Below are positions 1-7,498 of a stretch of DNA of 45,416 nucleotides, in pieces. Source of the DNA: a virus (taxonomy: Duplodnaviria > Caudoviricetes); the IMG/VR virus record IMGVR_UViG_3300031644_001202, positions 1-45,416 of that record. The stretch is one strand, 5' to 3'. Within the stretch, counting starts at the first letter, position 1, and each line of letters opens with the position of its first letter. The position numbers and the translations under genes were made by a program. The notes below the pieces were generated by a model that did no database searches, had not been told where the DNA came from, and saw only the letters and a program-made list of their open reading frames with translations.

Positions 1-1494
1 GTGCTCGATGAGTCATTGTCGCTGCGCGATGAGGGGTTGTCGGCCTACCACCAGAACCACGTCAAGCAGGGGGCGCTTGGGGCTTTTCTGCGTGCCGTCG
101 ACGAGGGGCGCATACCGGATGGCTCGGTGTTGATCGTGGAAGGCCTCGACCGGCTGAGCCGGGCCGAGCCGATACAGGCGCAGGCGCAGCTCGCGCAGAT
201 CATCAATGCCGGCATCACGGTGGTGACGGCCAGCGATGGCAGGGAGTACAACCGGGCCGGGCTCAAGGCACAGCCGATGGATCTGGTGTATTCGCTGTTG
301 GTGATGATCCGTGCGCACGAGGAATCCGACACGAAGAGCAAGCGCGTGAAGGCGTCGATTCGCCGTCTGTGCGAAGGCTGGGTGGCAGGCACTTATCGCG
401 GGTTGATTCGCAACGGCCAAGATCCTCAGTGGCTGCGCTGGGATGGCCAGGCGTGGCACCTGATACCCGAGCGAGTAGAGGCGGTGCGCTATGCCATCGA
501 GCTGTACAAGCAAGGTGAGGGGGCGACCCGAGCGGCGCGCAAGCTGGCCGAGCGTGGTTATGTACTGAGTGATTGGGGGATTGCCGGGCAGCAGATTTAT
601 CGGCTGGTGAAGCTGCCGGCATTGCGCGGTGCCAAGCGCATCAGTGTCGACGGCGAGGATTACCTGCTGGAGGGATACTACCCGCCCGTGCTGACCGATG
701 AAGAGTACGAAGCCCTGCAGGCGGCAACCGAGACCCGGCACGGTCGACGCGGGGCGCCTGAGATTGTCGGCCTGGTAACGGGCCTGGGAATCGCCTACTG
801 CGGCTACTGCGGTACCGCTGTCGTAGCGCAAAATCTTCTGAGTCGGGCGCGTAAGGATGGCACTGTAGCCGATGGCCATAGGCGACTGCATTGCACGTCG
901 TACAGCAAGAGCACGGGCTGCAAGGCGGCCAGCTGTAGTGTGGTGCCGGTCGAGAAGGCGTTGCTGTCCTACTGCTCCGATCAGATGAACCTGACCAGGC
1001 TGCTCGAGCCCGCGGACGATGGCCAGCAATTACGCCAGCGGCTACAGGCGTGCCGGCGAAAGCAAGCAGACGTGGAGCGGCAGCTGCAGAGGATCACAGA
1101 GGCGCTGCTGGCCGACGACCAGGGCGCTGCGCCGCTGGCGTTCGTGCGCAAGGCGCGCGAGCTCGAAGCGCAACTGGGGCAGTTGCAGGCCGAGGCCGAG
1201 CACTTGGAGCGAGAGCAGGGCAAGGTGGGTCAGACGCAGACGCCGGCCGGCGCCGAGCTGTGGCGCAAGCTGGCAATCGAGGCGCAGGACATCAAAAGCC
1301 CGGCGCGCGAACAGCTGCGGCAGTTGGTGCTCGATACGTTCAGCCGGATAACGGTGTATATGCGGGGCTTGGTGCCTGACCCGAAGTCGAAGGTCATACA
1401 CCTGGTGCTGGTGTCGCGTTCGGGGCAGCGGGTTGTGCTGGATGTTGATCGGCGGTCGGGTGCCTGGAAGGCAGGCCGCGACCGCCGTGGGTGA
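1..1494 (+). CDS. Large serine recombinase (integrase), 5' end probably outside the window
   Basis: Resolvase-like DEGLSA and LIVEGLDRLSR motifs, recombinase domain (YYPPVLTDEEY), Zn-ribbon CGYCG, coiled coil. The N-terminal YxRxS catalytic motif is absent, implying truncation at base 1. Confidence 0.85.
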   Translation: MLDESLSLRDEGLSAYHQNHVKQGALGAFLRAVDEGRIPDGSVLIVEGLDRLSRAEPIQAQAQLAQIINAGITVVTASDGREYNRAGLKAQPMDLVYSLLVMIRAHEESDTKSKRVKASIRRLCEGWVAGTYRGLIRNGQDPQWLRWDGQAWHLIPERVEAVRYAIELYKQGEGATRAARKLAERGYVLSDWGIAGQQIYRLVKLPALRGAKRISVDGEDYLLEGYYPPVLTDEEYEALQAATETRHGRRGAPEIVGLVTGLGIAYCGYCGTAVVAQNLLSRARKDGTVADGHRRLHCTSYSKSTGCKAASCSVVPVEKALLSYCSDQMNLTRLLEPADDGQQLRQRLQACRRKQADVERQLQRITEALLADDQGAAPLAFVRKARELEAQLGQLQAEAEHLEREQGKVGQTQTPAGAELWRKLAIEAQDIKSPAREQLRQLVLDTFSRITVYMRGLVPDPKSKVIHLVLVSRSGQRVVLDVDRRSGAWKAGRDRRG

Positions 1495-1782
1495 TCAGGC
1501 AGCTTTCTTGCCGATCAGGATGGCCGCCAGTTCAGGGTCGCCGGGTGGGCTGCTGTGCACCACCAGGTGGCCCATACCCTCCCAGTAGTTTTCCTGCACC
1601 TCGATGCACACCCGCCAAGCGGCCCAGGCCACATCGGCGCCGACTTCGATCACGTTGCCTGCATCATCAACGATGGCCAGGCGCGCCGGCTTACCTTCTG
1701 CCGTGGTGCAGCTGAAGCCGGTGCTGGCCGTGGCGCTGATGCGGGCGGCCTGCAGCTGGGGGTTGGGTACTGAATCTTTCAT
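1495..1782 (-). CDS. Hypothetical phage protein (95 aa, MKDSVPNP...)
   Basis: ATG at 1782 overlaps the stop of the upstream gene (ATGA coupling); it is the C-terminal part of the listed 1495-2274 ORF. Confidence 0.6.
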   Translation of the reverse strand: MKDSVPNPQLQAARISATASTGFSCTTAEGKPARLAIVDDAGNVIEVGADVAWAAWRVCIEVQENYWEGMGHLVVHSSPPGDPELAAILIGKKAA

Positions 1783-2249
1783 GCTGCCTCCGACTGCTTG
1801 CGCCAGGCGCCGAAGGCGTCGAAGACGCGCTCGGCTTGGGCGGTGGTCAGGGTTGCTTGGTAGGGCATGGCTATCCATGCCATGCCTATGAGGTGGTTCG
1901 GGTTGCACCGAGCTTTCAGCTCGATCGAGCGCGGCTCGATCACGTCGATCAGGCTTTCGGCGCGGTAGATGCCATCCAGTGCCAGTTCCTCGCTCTTCAT
2001 GTAGGGCGCGGCGTTGTCTGGCCGGTGCAGGCCGGCGAGGTAGATCGTCCAGCGGTACGGCCTTTCGGTGATGGCGTCGACCAGGGCGACACGGCTGTTG
2101 CTGGTGACCAGCGTGCCGTTCTTCCAGTTGATGATGGTCTGCAGCTCCAGATGCTCGACATCGAGCACGGCCACATGGTTGCTGCGCAGCATCGACCGGT
2201 AGTAGTTGGCCAGGCGTGCCTGGTGGTTGTAGGGTTTGCGCTGGCTCAT
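1779..2249 (-). CDS. Hypothetical phage protein (156 aa)
   Basis: ATGA-coupled at both ends within the leftward operon. Confidence 0.7.
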   Translation of the reverse strand: MSQRKPYNHQARLANYYRSMLRSNHVAVLDVEHLELQTIINWKNGTLVTSNSRVALVDAITERPYRWTIYLAGLHRPDNAAPYMKSEELALDGIYRAESLIDVIEPRSIELKARCNPNHLIGMAWIAMPYQATLTTAQAERVFDAFGAWRKQSEAA

Positions 2250-3169
2250 GCGGCATCCTCACTATTGATGGCATTGCAAGGCGAATGCTGCTGCTCCCAC
2301 TCTCGAAACCTGGCCATTGCCAAGGGCTTTAATTCTGTCCACCCGATGGGCCACCCCATCAGCCACTCGACCCATTCCGGGTTCAGCTGGCCACCTTTTC
2401 CACCTTCCGGTGATACGGCGGTTTTCAGGCGTACCTGTTGGCCCTTGGCTTTGCGATCGATAAGTGATTGGTTGCTCCACTTGTTGCTGTCCGAAGCTGT
2501 CGGCGTTGGCCACAGTTGCACCATCACACCCAGGCTTGGGCTCTTGCGGTGATAATCTCCCGGGCTGCCATTGCGCTTCCCGTCGCTGGCCAGTGGTGTC
2601 GGCCAGAGTTTGGCTGCCGAGCTGAGCCCCCATCCCGCGTTCTTGCTGGCGCCTGGCTGGTTGTGATTGCCATGCACTGTTGGGGTGGGCCACAAGCCAG
2701 AGTCGGTCGCGCTGATGGGGCGCTCCAAGGTCGGATGCTGATAGACGTAGCCAGCTCGCGTCATACCCCAGTTTGGCAAGGTCACTGATGACCACGGCAA
2801 GGCCTCGTCCCACAAGCAGTGGTGAGTTCTCCACGAAGACGAAGCGAGGCAGAACCTCACCGACGATTCGTGCCATTTGTTTCCACAGGCCTGATCGGCT
2901 GCCATCGATGCCGACACCGGCGCCGGCTGCTGAGATGTCCTGGCACGGGAAGCCGCCAGATACGACGTCAACAAGGCCTCGCCATGGTCTGCCGTCAAAA
3001 CTGCACACGTCAGACCAAATCGGGAAAGCTGGGAGGCATCCATCGTTTTGTCGTTGCGCCAGAATTTGTGCTGGGTAGGCATCACGCTCAACGGCGCAGA
3101 GGGTTCGCCATCCGAGCAGGTGACCGGCGAGTATTCCGCCACCAGCGCCCGCGAAAAGAGCCAGCTCAT
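2246..3169 (-). CDS. Alternative-frame methyltransferase partner (beta-like) polypeptide
   Basis: 307-aa ORF overlapping the MTase in another frame, with three LWPTP repeats and motif IX-like LNPEWVEWLMGWPIGWT. Its ATG directly follows the RT stop and its stop overlaps the next ATG. The true start could be internal. Confidence 0.7.
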   Translation of the reverse strand: MSWLFSRALVAEYSPVTCSDGEPSAPLSVMPTQHKFWRNDKTMDASQLSRFGLTCAVLTADHGEALLTSYLAASRARTSQQPAPVSASMAADQACGNKWHESSVRFCLASSSWRTHHCLWDEALPWSSVTLPNWGMTRAGYVYQHPTLERPISATDSGLWPTPTVHGNHNQPGASKNAGWGLSSAAKLWPTPLASDGKRNGSPGDYHRKSPSLGVMVQLWPTPTASDSNKWSNQSLIDRKAKGQQVRLKTAVSPEGGKGGQLNPEWVEWLMGWPIGWTELKPLAMARFREWEQQHSPCNAINSEDAA

Positions 3170-3173
3170 TCAC
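2262..3173 (-). CDS. DNA cytosine-5 methyltransferase, catalytic (alpha-like) polypeptide
   Basis: Motif I LFAGAGG, motif IV GGFPCQDIS, motif VI FVENS, motif VIII HQRDRLWLVA, motif X ALGNGQV. The GTG start overlaps the RT stop. Confidence 0.9.
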   Translation of the reverse strand: MNELALFAGAGGGILAGHLLGWRTLCAVERDAYPAQILAQRQNDGCLPAFPIWSDVCSFDGRPWRGLVDVVSGGFPCQDISAAGAGVGIDGSRSGLWKQMARIVGEVLPRFVFVENSPLLVGRGLAVVISDLAKLGYDASWLRLSASDLGAPHQRDRLWLVAHPNSAWQSQPARRQQERGMGAQLGSQTLADTTGQRREAQWQPGRLSPQEPKPGCDGATVANADSFGQQQVEQPITYRSQSQGPTGTPENRRITGRWKRWPAEPGMGRVADGVAHRVDRIKALGNGQVSRVGAAAFALQCHQ

Positions 3174-4240
3174 TGTGCCCCCTTGAAAATCTTCGTCATG
3201 CCGTAGTCCACCGCGCGACCGCGCAGCAGCAGTGCCTTGGTCAGCTTACGGCGGTCGTTCTGGCTGTGGGTGGCCTGGCGCAACAGGCCGAAGTGGCTGT
3301 TGGCGGTTTCGCGTAGGCTGTCGGCTGGGTGGTGTGCGGCTGCGCGCAGGGCGTTGGCAACGGTGCGGCGGCGCGTGATGCGTCGGTGGGGCTTGATCAC
3401 CTGGCCAACTAAGTCGATGCCGCGCTCGGCCGGCTGGAGGATGGTCTTGGTCGGGTTCAACTTGGCGTGCAGGCGGTCGGCCAGGAAGGCTTCGATCTGC
3501 TTGCGCCAGGTGTTGAGCTGCTGCGGGCTTTCGTGCAGCAGCACGAAGTCATCGACGTAGCGGATGTAGTGCCGGGCGCGCAGCTGGTGCTTCACGAACT
3601 GGTCAAGGGCGTTGAGGTAGATGTTGGCGAAGAACTGGCTGCTGAGGTTGCCGATCGGCAGGCCCAGGTAGGCCGGTTGCGCAGCAAGGCGCTTGTGCTG
3701 CGGCACGCGGTTGACCAGGCGGTGCGGGCTGCGCAGGTAGTAGCTGTCGCGCGGGTCGTGCCAGAGAATCTGCTGGGCTAGTGCCTGCCAGGGTTGCTCG
3801 GGGATGGCGGCCTGCAGCTGGCTGGCCAGTACGCGTTTGTCGATGCTGACAAAAAAATTAGCCAAATCCATCTTGCAGTACCAGGCCGGTCGCCTCCAGT
3901 TCTGGGTGATGCTGCGGGCCTTGCGCTCCAGTCTCTGGGCGGCGTAGAGGGTGCCGCGCCCTTTGATGCAGGCGCAGCTGTCGGCGATGAAGGTGCGCTC
4001 GATGCGTGCGCCGACGTGGTTGTAGAGCAGGTGGTGCACGATGCGGTCACGGTAGGCCGCGGCCCATACTTCACGGTACTTCGGGCGGGTGACCACGAAG
4101 CAGGTGGAGGGGCCGGGCTGGTAGGTGCCGCTGTTCAGCTCGGTGTGCAATTGCATGATGTTGCGCTCCAGGGTGAACTCGAATGCCAGGGCCGATTGGC
4201 TGCCGCGCTTGCTGCGTCGGCAGTCGTAGTACGCCTGCAT
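3170..4240 (-). CDS. DGR reverse transcriptase (start uncertain: ATG 4240, or ATG 4348 inside TR)
   Basis: REVWAAAYRDRIVHH, CKMDLANFF, GLPIGNLSSQFFAN (DGR-type GxxxSQ), YIRYVDDFVLL. Adjacent to TR and avd. Confidence 0.95.
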   Translation of the reverse strand: MQAYYDCRRSKRGSQSALAFEFTLERNIMQLHTELNSGTYQPGPSTCFVVTRPKYREVWAAAYRDRIVHHLLYNHVGARIERTFIADSCACIKGRGTLYAAQRLERKARSITQNWRRPAWYCKMDLANFFVSIDKRVLASQLQAAIPEQPWQALAQQILWHDPRDSYYLRSPHRLVNRVPQHKRLAAQPAYLGLPIGNLSSQFFANIYLNALDQFVKHQLRARHYIRYVDDFVLLHESPQQLNTWRKQIEAFLADRLHAKLNPTKTILQPAERGIDLVGQVIKPHRRITRRRTVANALRAAAHHPADSLRETANSHFGLLRQATHSQNDRRKLTKALLLRGRAVDYGMTKIFKGAQ

Positions 4241-4290
4241 GAGTGCCTCGATAGAAAAGCCAGCATGGCCTGGGGTAAAACCGTTCGATG

Positions 4291-4390
4291 CTGCGGACGG
4301 CGAAAGCGGGCCGCGCGTTGTCCTTGTAGTCGTTGTTCTGGTTGCCATCGTCGAAGTTCTGGATCCACGCGTTGTTCGGGCCGTTCTGCG
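4291..4390 (-). repeat. DGR template repeat (TR), 100 bp
   Basis: In the VR frame it reads QNGPNNAWIQNFDDGNQNNDYKDNARPAFAVR, with 8 AAC codons and 28 adenines. Aligns without gaps to both VRs. Confidence 0.97.
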
Positions 4391-4562
4391 CCAGGTCGTG
4401 CTATCTACGTCGCGCTGCCGAAGGCTGAAGCCGATCAGCGGCGAAACTGCGCGGGGCCTGCCCGGACGAAGCCGGGTGGTTCCCCTGATGCGCATGTCGG
4501 TGGCCGGGTAGGCCAGCGGCACGACCAGAATCAAAATCGCACTGTCATGAGGGCCGTGACCC

Positions 4563-4925
4563 TCATGCCTCTGGCGATGCGGCGGCATTTTTTTTCCATC
4601 CCGTGGCCTGCCGGCCTATGTCGTCGGTGAGGACGACGGTGCGCCCGTGCTGCTTCGGGCTGAGCACCCCCAAGTCGACTGCAAGGCGCAAGCTCAGCTC
4701 GATGACCTGTAGCTTCTCCAGCGCTTGCTGGATGTGGCCGACTCGCTCCTGACCGCTCGCGCTGTTGGCACGAAAGATCAGCAGTGATAGATCGAAGCAT
4801 TCGTTGAGCACTCGCTGGTCGAGGGTGAACCCGAATGGGCGCCGCCAGTTGGCGATCAGCTCGGAGACGAGCAGTGCCAGCTCAGCGAGGCGCTTGTAGA
4901 TCGGCAGGTGTTTGGCGATGGCCAT
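4563..4925 (-). CDS. avd: DGR accessory variability determinant (Avd-like four-helix bundle)
   Basis: 120-aa helical protein with HLPIYK near the N-terminus and IGRQATGWKK at the C-terminus; lies between the targets and TR. Confidence 0.88.
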   Translation of the reverse strand: MAIAKHLPIYKRLAELALLVSELIANWRRPFGFTLDQRVLNECFDLSLLIFRANSASGQERVGHIQQALEKLQVIELSLRLAVDLGVLSPKQHGRTVVLTDDIGRQATGWKKNAAASPEA

Positions 4926-4941
4926 GCTGGAAAACTCGCTT

Positions 4942-4962
4942 ACCGCGCGCTACGCGCGCGGT
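4942..4962 (-). other. DGR target-recognition hairpin downstream of VR1
   Basis: ACCGCGCGC-GTA-GCGCGCGGT on the minus strand: perfect 9-bp stem, 36 nt after VR1. Confidence 0.8.
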
Positions 4963-5597
4963 GATTCAAGTGCGTTAAGGGTTGAAGGGATAAGGATTCT
5001 GCGGACGGCGAAAGCGGGCCGCGCGCGGTCCTTGCAGTCGCTGTCCTGGCTGCCAACGCCGAAGTACTGGATCCACGCGTAGTGCGGGCCGCCCTGCGTG
5101 CTGGTAATCCACCAGCCTTTGTCGTTGAACTGTTCGGGGATGTTGGCCCAGCAGAGGAAGGCCTCGGCCTGGGCGGGCAGGTAGAGGTCGCGGTGACCTT
5201 CGGACTCTTGCTCACTCGCCCACAGTGCGGCCGGGTGTTCGGTACCGGATGCCAGCAGAGCCTTGGTGTTGGCCATGCCGTCGCGGCGGTAGTTCGCGCC
5301 GTCGGTACGCTTGCCATGGCCGCCGTAGGTAATGGAGGCAATCTGTGCATGGACGGGGGCCACCAAGTGGTAATCCGGGTTACCGTCTTCGCCACGAATA
5401 ACGCCGACATAGGTGCCGCCCTGGCCATGCCAGTGCTGGCCGATAGCGGGCGGAATCAGGTAGTTGTCGCGGGTGATCAGCTCGCCAAGGATGGGCACCA
5501 GTCCGGTTTCCTGCTCGAGCACTTGGCGGGCGAGCAGTGCGTTAGTGGTCTTCAGGGAAGTGCCGCGGACTTCCAGGGTGATTTGATTCATGGTCAT
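4950..5597 (-). CDS. DGR target protein 1 (DUF1566/Lcl C-type-lectin-like, 215 aa)
   Basis: DGMANTKAL and HRDLYLPAQAE motifs, then WWITST...ARPAFAVRR containing VR1 at the C-terminus. Confidence 0.88.
   Translation of the reverse strand: MTMNQITLEVRGTSLKTTNALLARQVLEQETGLVPILGELITRDNYLIPPAIGQHWHGQGGTYVGVIRGEDGNPDYHLVAPVHAQIASITYGGHGKRTDGANYRRDGMANTKALLASGTEHPAALWASEQESEGHRDLYLPAQAEAFLCWANIPEQFNDKGWWITSTQGGPHYAWIQYFGVGSQDSDCKDRARPAFAVRRILIPSTLNALESPRA
4999..5098 (-). repeat. DGR variable repeat VR1
   Basis: 13 mismatches to TR over 100 bp, all at TR adenines. Encodes QGGPHYAWIQYFGVGSQDSDCKDRARPAFAVR. Confidence 0.97.
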
Positions 5598-5618
5598 GTC
5601 CTCAAAATTTGAAACCGA

Positions 5619-5637
5619 CCACGCGCTGCGCGCGTGG
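5619..5637 (-). other. DGR target-recognition hairpin downstream of VR2
   Basis: CCACGCGC-GCA-GCGCGTGG on the minus strand: perfect 8-bp stem, 39 nt after VR2. Confidence 0.8.
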
Positions 5638-5657
5638 CGGAAAGAGCCTGGAAGTGG

Positions 5658-6272
5658 TTAAGGGGTGACTTTGATTCTGCGGACGGCGAAAGCGGGCCGC
5701 GCGCTGACCTTGCAGTCGAGGCCCTGGGTGCCATCGGCGAAGGTCTGGATCCACGCGTCGTGCGGGCCGTTCTGCGTGCTGCACCAGTAGCTGGTGGGCT
5801 CCATGGCCTGCGTGCCGGCGTCTTGGAATATGGCGATAGGGCTCTGGCTTGGGTGGGTCTCGGTGTACGGGTAGCCAGGCGGCAGGCTGCTGGGGTTGTC
5901 GCCGTCGCGGAAGCTGCACCAGTTCTCTTGCGCCGTTGGCTTACAGGCGCGGTAGACCAGTTCGTTTTCGTCGCGGCTGCCGATGAACCAATCGGAGTGC
6001 CCGCCGATGTTCAGTTCCAGCGCCCAGGCTGCGAGCTCGCTGCCCGCTTCGGCCATGGCGCGTGTGTTGGCCAGGCCGTCGACGACGCTGCCGGCGCCGG
6101 GGATCAGGATGCCCGCTTCGCCCCAGCGAATTGGTGCGTGGAAGCCTAGGGCCTTCGGTGCGCGGATCAGTGCCTGCATGTCGCCCTGGATCTGGTAGAG
6201 GCCCATGTAGAAGCCGCTCTCGAACGGGCTGCCGATGGTGGGGAGGTCGCTGGCTTTGATGATGGTGGTCAT
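5658..6272 (-). CDS. DGR target protein 2 (DUF1566/Lcl C-type-lectin-like, 204 aa)
   Basis: DGLANTRAM and HSDWFIGSRDE motifs, then YWCST...ARPAFAVRR containing VR2. Confidence 0.88.
   Translation of the reverse strand: MTTIIKASDLPTIGSPFESGFYMGLYQIQGDMQALIRAPKALGFHAPIRWGEAGILIPGAGSVVDGLANTRAMAEAGSELAAWALELNIGGHSDWFIGSRDENELVYRACKPTAQENWCSFRDGDNPSSLPPGYPYTETHPSQSPIAIFQDAGTQAMEPTSYWCSTQNGPHDAWIQTFADGTQGLDCKVSARPAFAVRRIKVTP
5677..5776 (-). repeat. DGR variable repeat VR2
   Basis: 12 mismatches to TR over 100 bp, all at TR adenines. Encodes QNGPHDAWIQTFADGTQGLDCKVSARPAFAVR. Confidence 0.97.
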
Positions 6273-6299
6273 GGTGGTGTCCTCGAATCTGGAATGGGG

Positions 6300-7001
6300 T
6301 CAGGCCGCACGGGCGCGGTGGGTAGTGGTGAGCAGTTGCAGGAGTCGGTCGTGGAACTGCTGGCGGACAATGTCGGGCGGCATCTGCAGGATGCGCTCCT
6401 GCAGCGGGGCGTAGCCTTCGAGGCATTCCCATGGGGCTGGGTACTCGGGCAGCAGGTCACGCTTTTCAGTGGCCAGGGCGATCATGTCGGCGTGCTTGAC
6501 GCACTCCGGGAGCTCGGGCGTCAGGTGGAAGCGCTCGGCGATGGCGAGCCAGATGCGCTGCTCGATCTCGTGGTAGGTGTCCAGCAGCAGGCTGACGCCT
6601 TGGCGCTCGGCTGTGGTGAGGATGTGCATAGCGGCCGCGCGGAGGCTGACCACGCCACTCGCGCCGCTGGCATACTGCGAGACTATGTTCAGCCATGCGC
6701 TCTCACGCTGGCGTGCCGCCTCGATCAGCAGCAGCTTGAGCGGACGCGTCAGGTCGCTGATGTAGGCCTCGGTGCCGTCGTGCAGTAGCCCGGCCAGTTG
6801 TTCCTCGGGCGTGCCGCCTTCCTTCTCGATGATGTACGCGACCAGCAGGCTGTGCTGGGCAACCGAGTAGTGGTGCGCGCAATGGCCGCAGAATCGGCAA
6901 ACCAAGCTCAGGGCGTGGGCCAAGTCGGTGGTGATGACGTTCTCGGCGCGCGGGTTGAGCAGGTCGAACGGGCGCCCGCTGTTGGTGAGTATCCAGGTCA
7001 T
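6300..7001 (-). CDS. HD-domain phosphohydrolase (YfbR/YfdR-like nucleotidase)
   Basis: RFCGH, YSVAQHS, LLHDGTEAY, KHADMIALATEKRDL. Confidence 0.85.
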   Translation of the reverse strand: MTWILTNSGRPFDLLNPRAENVITTDLAHALSLVCRFCGHCAHHYSVAQHSLLVAYIIEKEGGTPEEQLAGLLHDGTEAYISDLTRPLKLLLIEAARQRESAWLNIVSQYASGASGVVSLRAAAMHILTTAERQGVSLLLDTYHEIEQRIWLAIAERFHLTPELPECVKHADMIALATEKRDLLPEYPAPWECLEGYAPLQERILQMPPDIVRQQFHDRLLQLLTTTHRARAA

Positions 7002-7498
7002 GCGGCGGCCCTCCGTCCATGATTCGGCTGGTAACCGAGCTGGGCTTCGGCTTCCTTGCGTGCTGCAATCGCCTGGTCTATTGAGTTGAACAGGCCGAGG
7101 CTGATTCGTCGTGCGTCCGTGCTAATCCGCGCTCGCCATTTTTTGTTGCGGGGCAGCCATGTAATGCCTGGATGGCCGCTTGTGTTATCGCTGCGGTTGC
7201 ACTTGTTCCGGTTGTTCTCAGTACGAGTAACTTCGCGAAGGTTCAGCCAGCGGTTATCGCCTCTGTCGCCATTGATGTGATCAATGTGAAGGGCAGGGAG
7301 CTTCCCTGTCATGAAGAGGAATGCAAGCCGATGAGCTGCAAAACGCTGGCAGTCTACTGATATCCGGATGTAGCCAGAGCGATCTCGGCATCCAGCGATC
7401 TGGCCGCCAGTGGCGCTCCCTGCGTTCAGTTTTCGAGTGAAGGTGCCGGTTGCGGGATCGTAGTCAAAAAGCTGTTTGAGCCTGTTGGGGGTAATCAT
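6998..7498 (-). CDS. HNH endonuclease with C-terminal AP2-like domain
   Basis: AHRLAF...IDHINGDRGDNRWLNLR, then NTSGHPGITW...KWRARI...LGLF...AIAARKEAE. Confidence 0.88.
   Translation of the reverse strand: MITPNRLKQLFDYDPATGTFTRKLNAGSATGGQIAGCRDRSGYIRISVDCQRFAAHRLAFLFMTGKLPALHIDHINGDRGDNRWLNLREVTRTENNRNKCNRSDNTSGHPGITWLPRNKKWRARISTDARRISLGLFNSIDQAIAARKEAEAQLGYQPNHGRRAAA

Larger units (their letters stand above)
3170..6272 (-). mobile_element. Diversity-generating retroelement: target2-target1-avd-TR-RT
   Basis: RT, Avd, TR and two VRs with adenine-only mismatches, plus a hairpin downstream of each VR. Confidence 0.97.

Noticed and set aside
1-60. Integrase as a pseudogene lacking the catalytic serine
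   Set aside because: The ORF starts at base 1, so the missing N-terminus is most simply explained by the window boundary.
4135-4368. 77-aa ORF over TR (and similar alternative frames over the VRs)
   Set aside because: Out-of-frame reading of TR/VR sequence with no independent support.
3170-4588. RT as a group II intron, retron or Abi RT
   Set aside because: No maturase/endonuclease extension or msr-msd seen. The GxxxSQ motif, Avd and TR/VR pairs identify a DGR.
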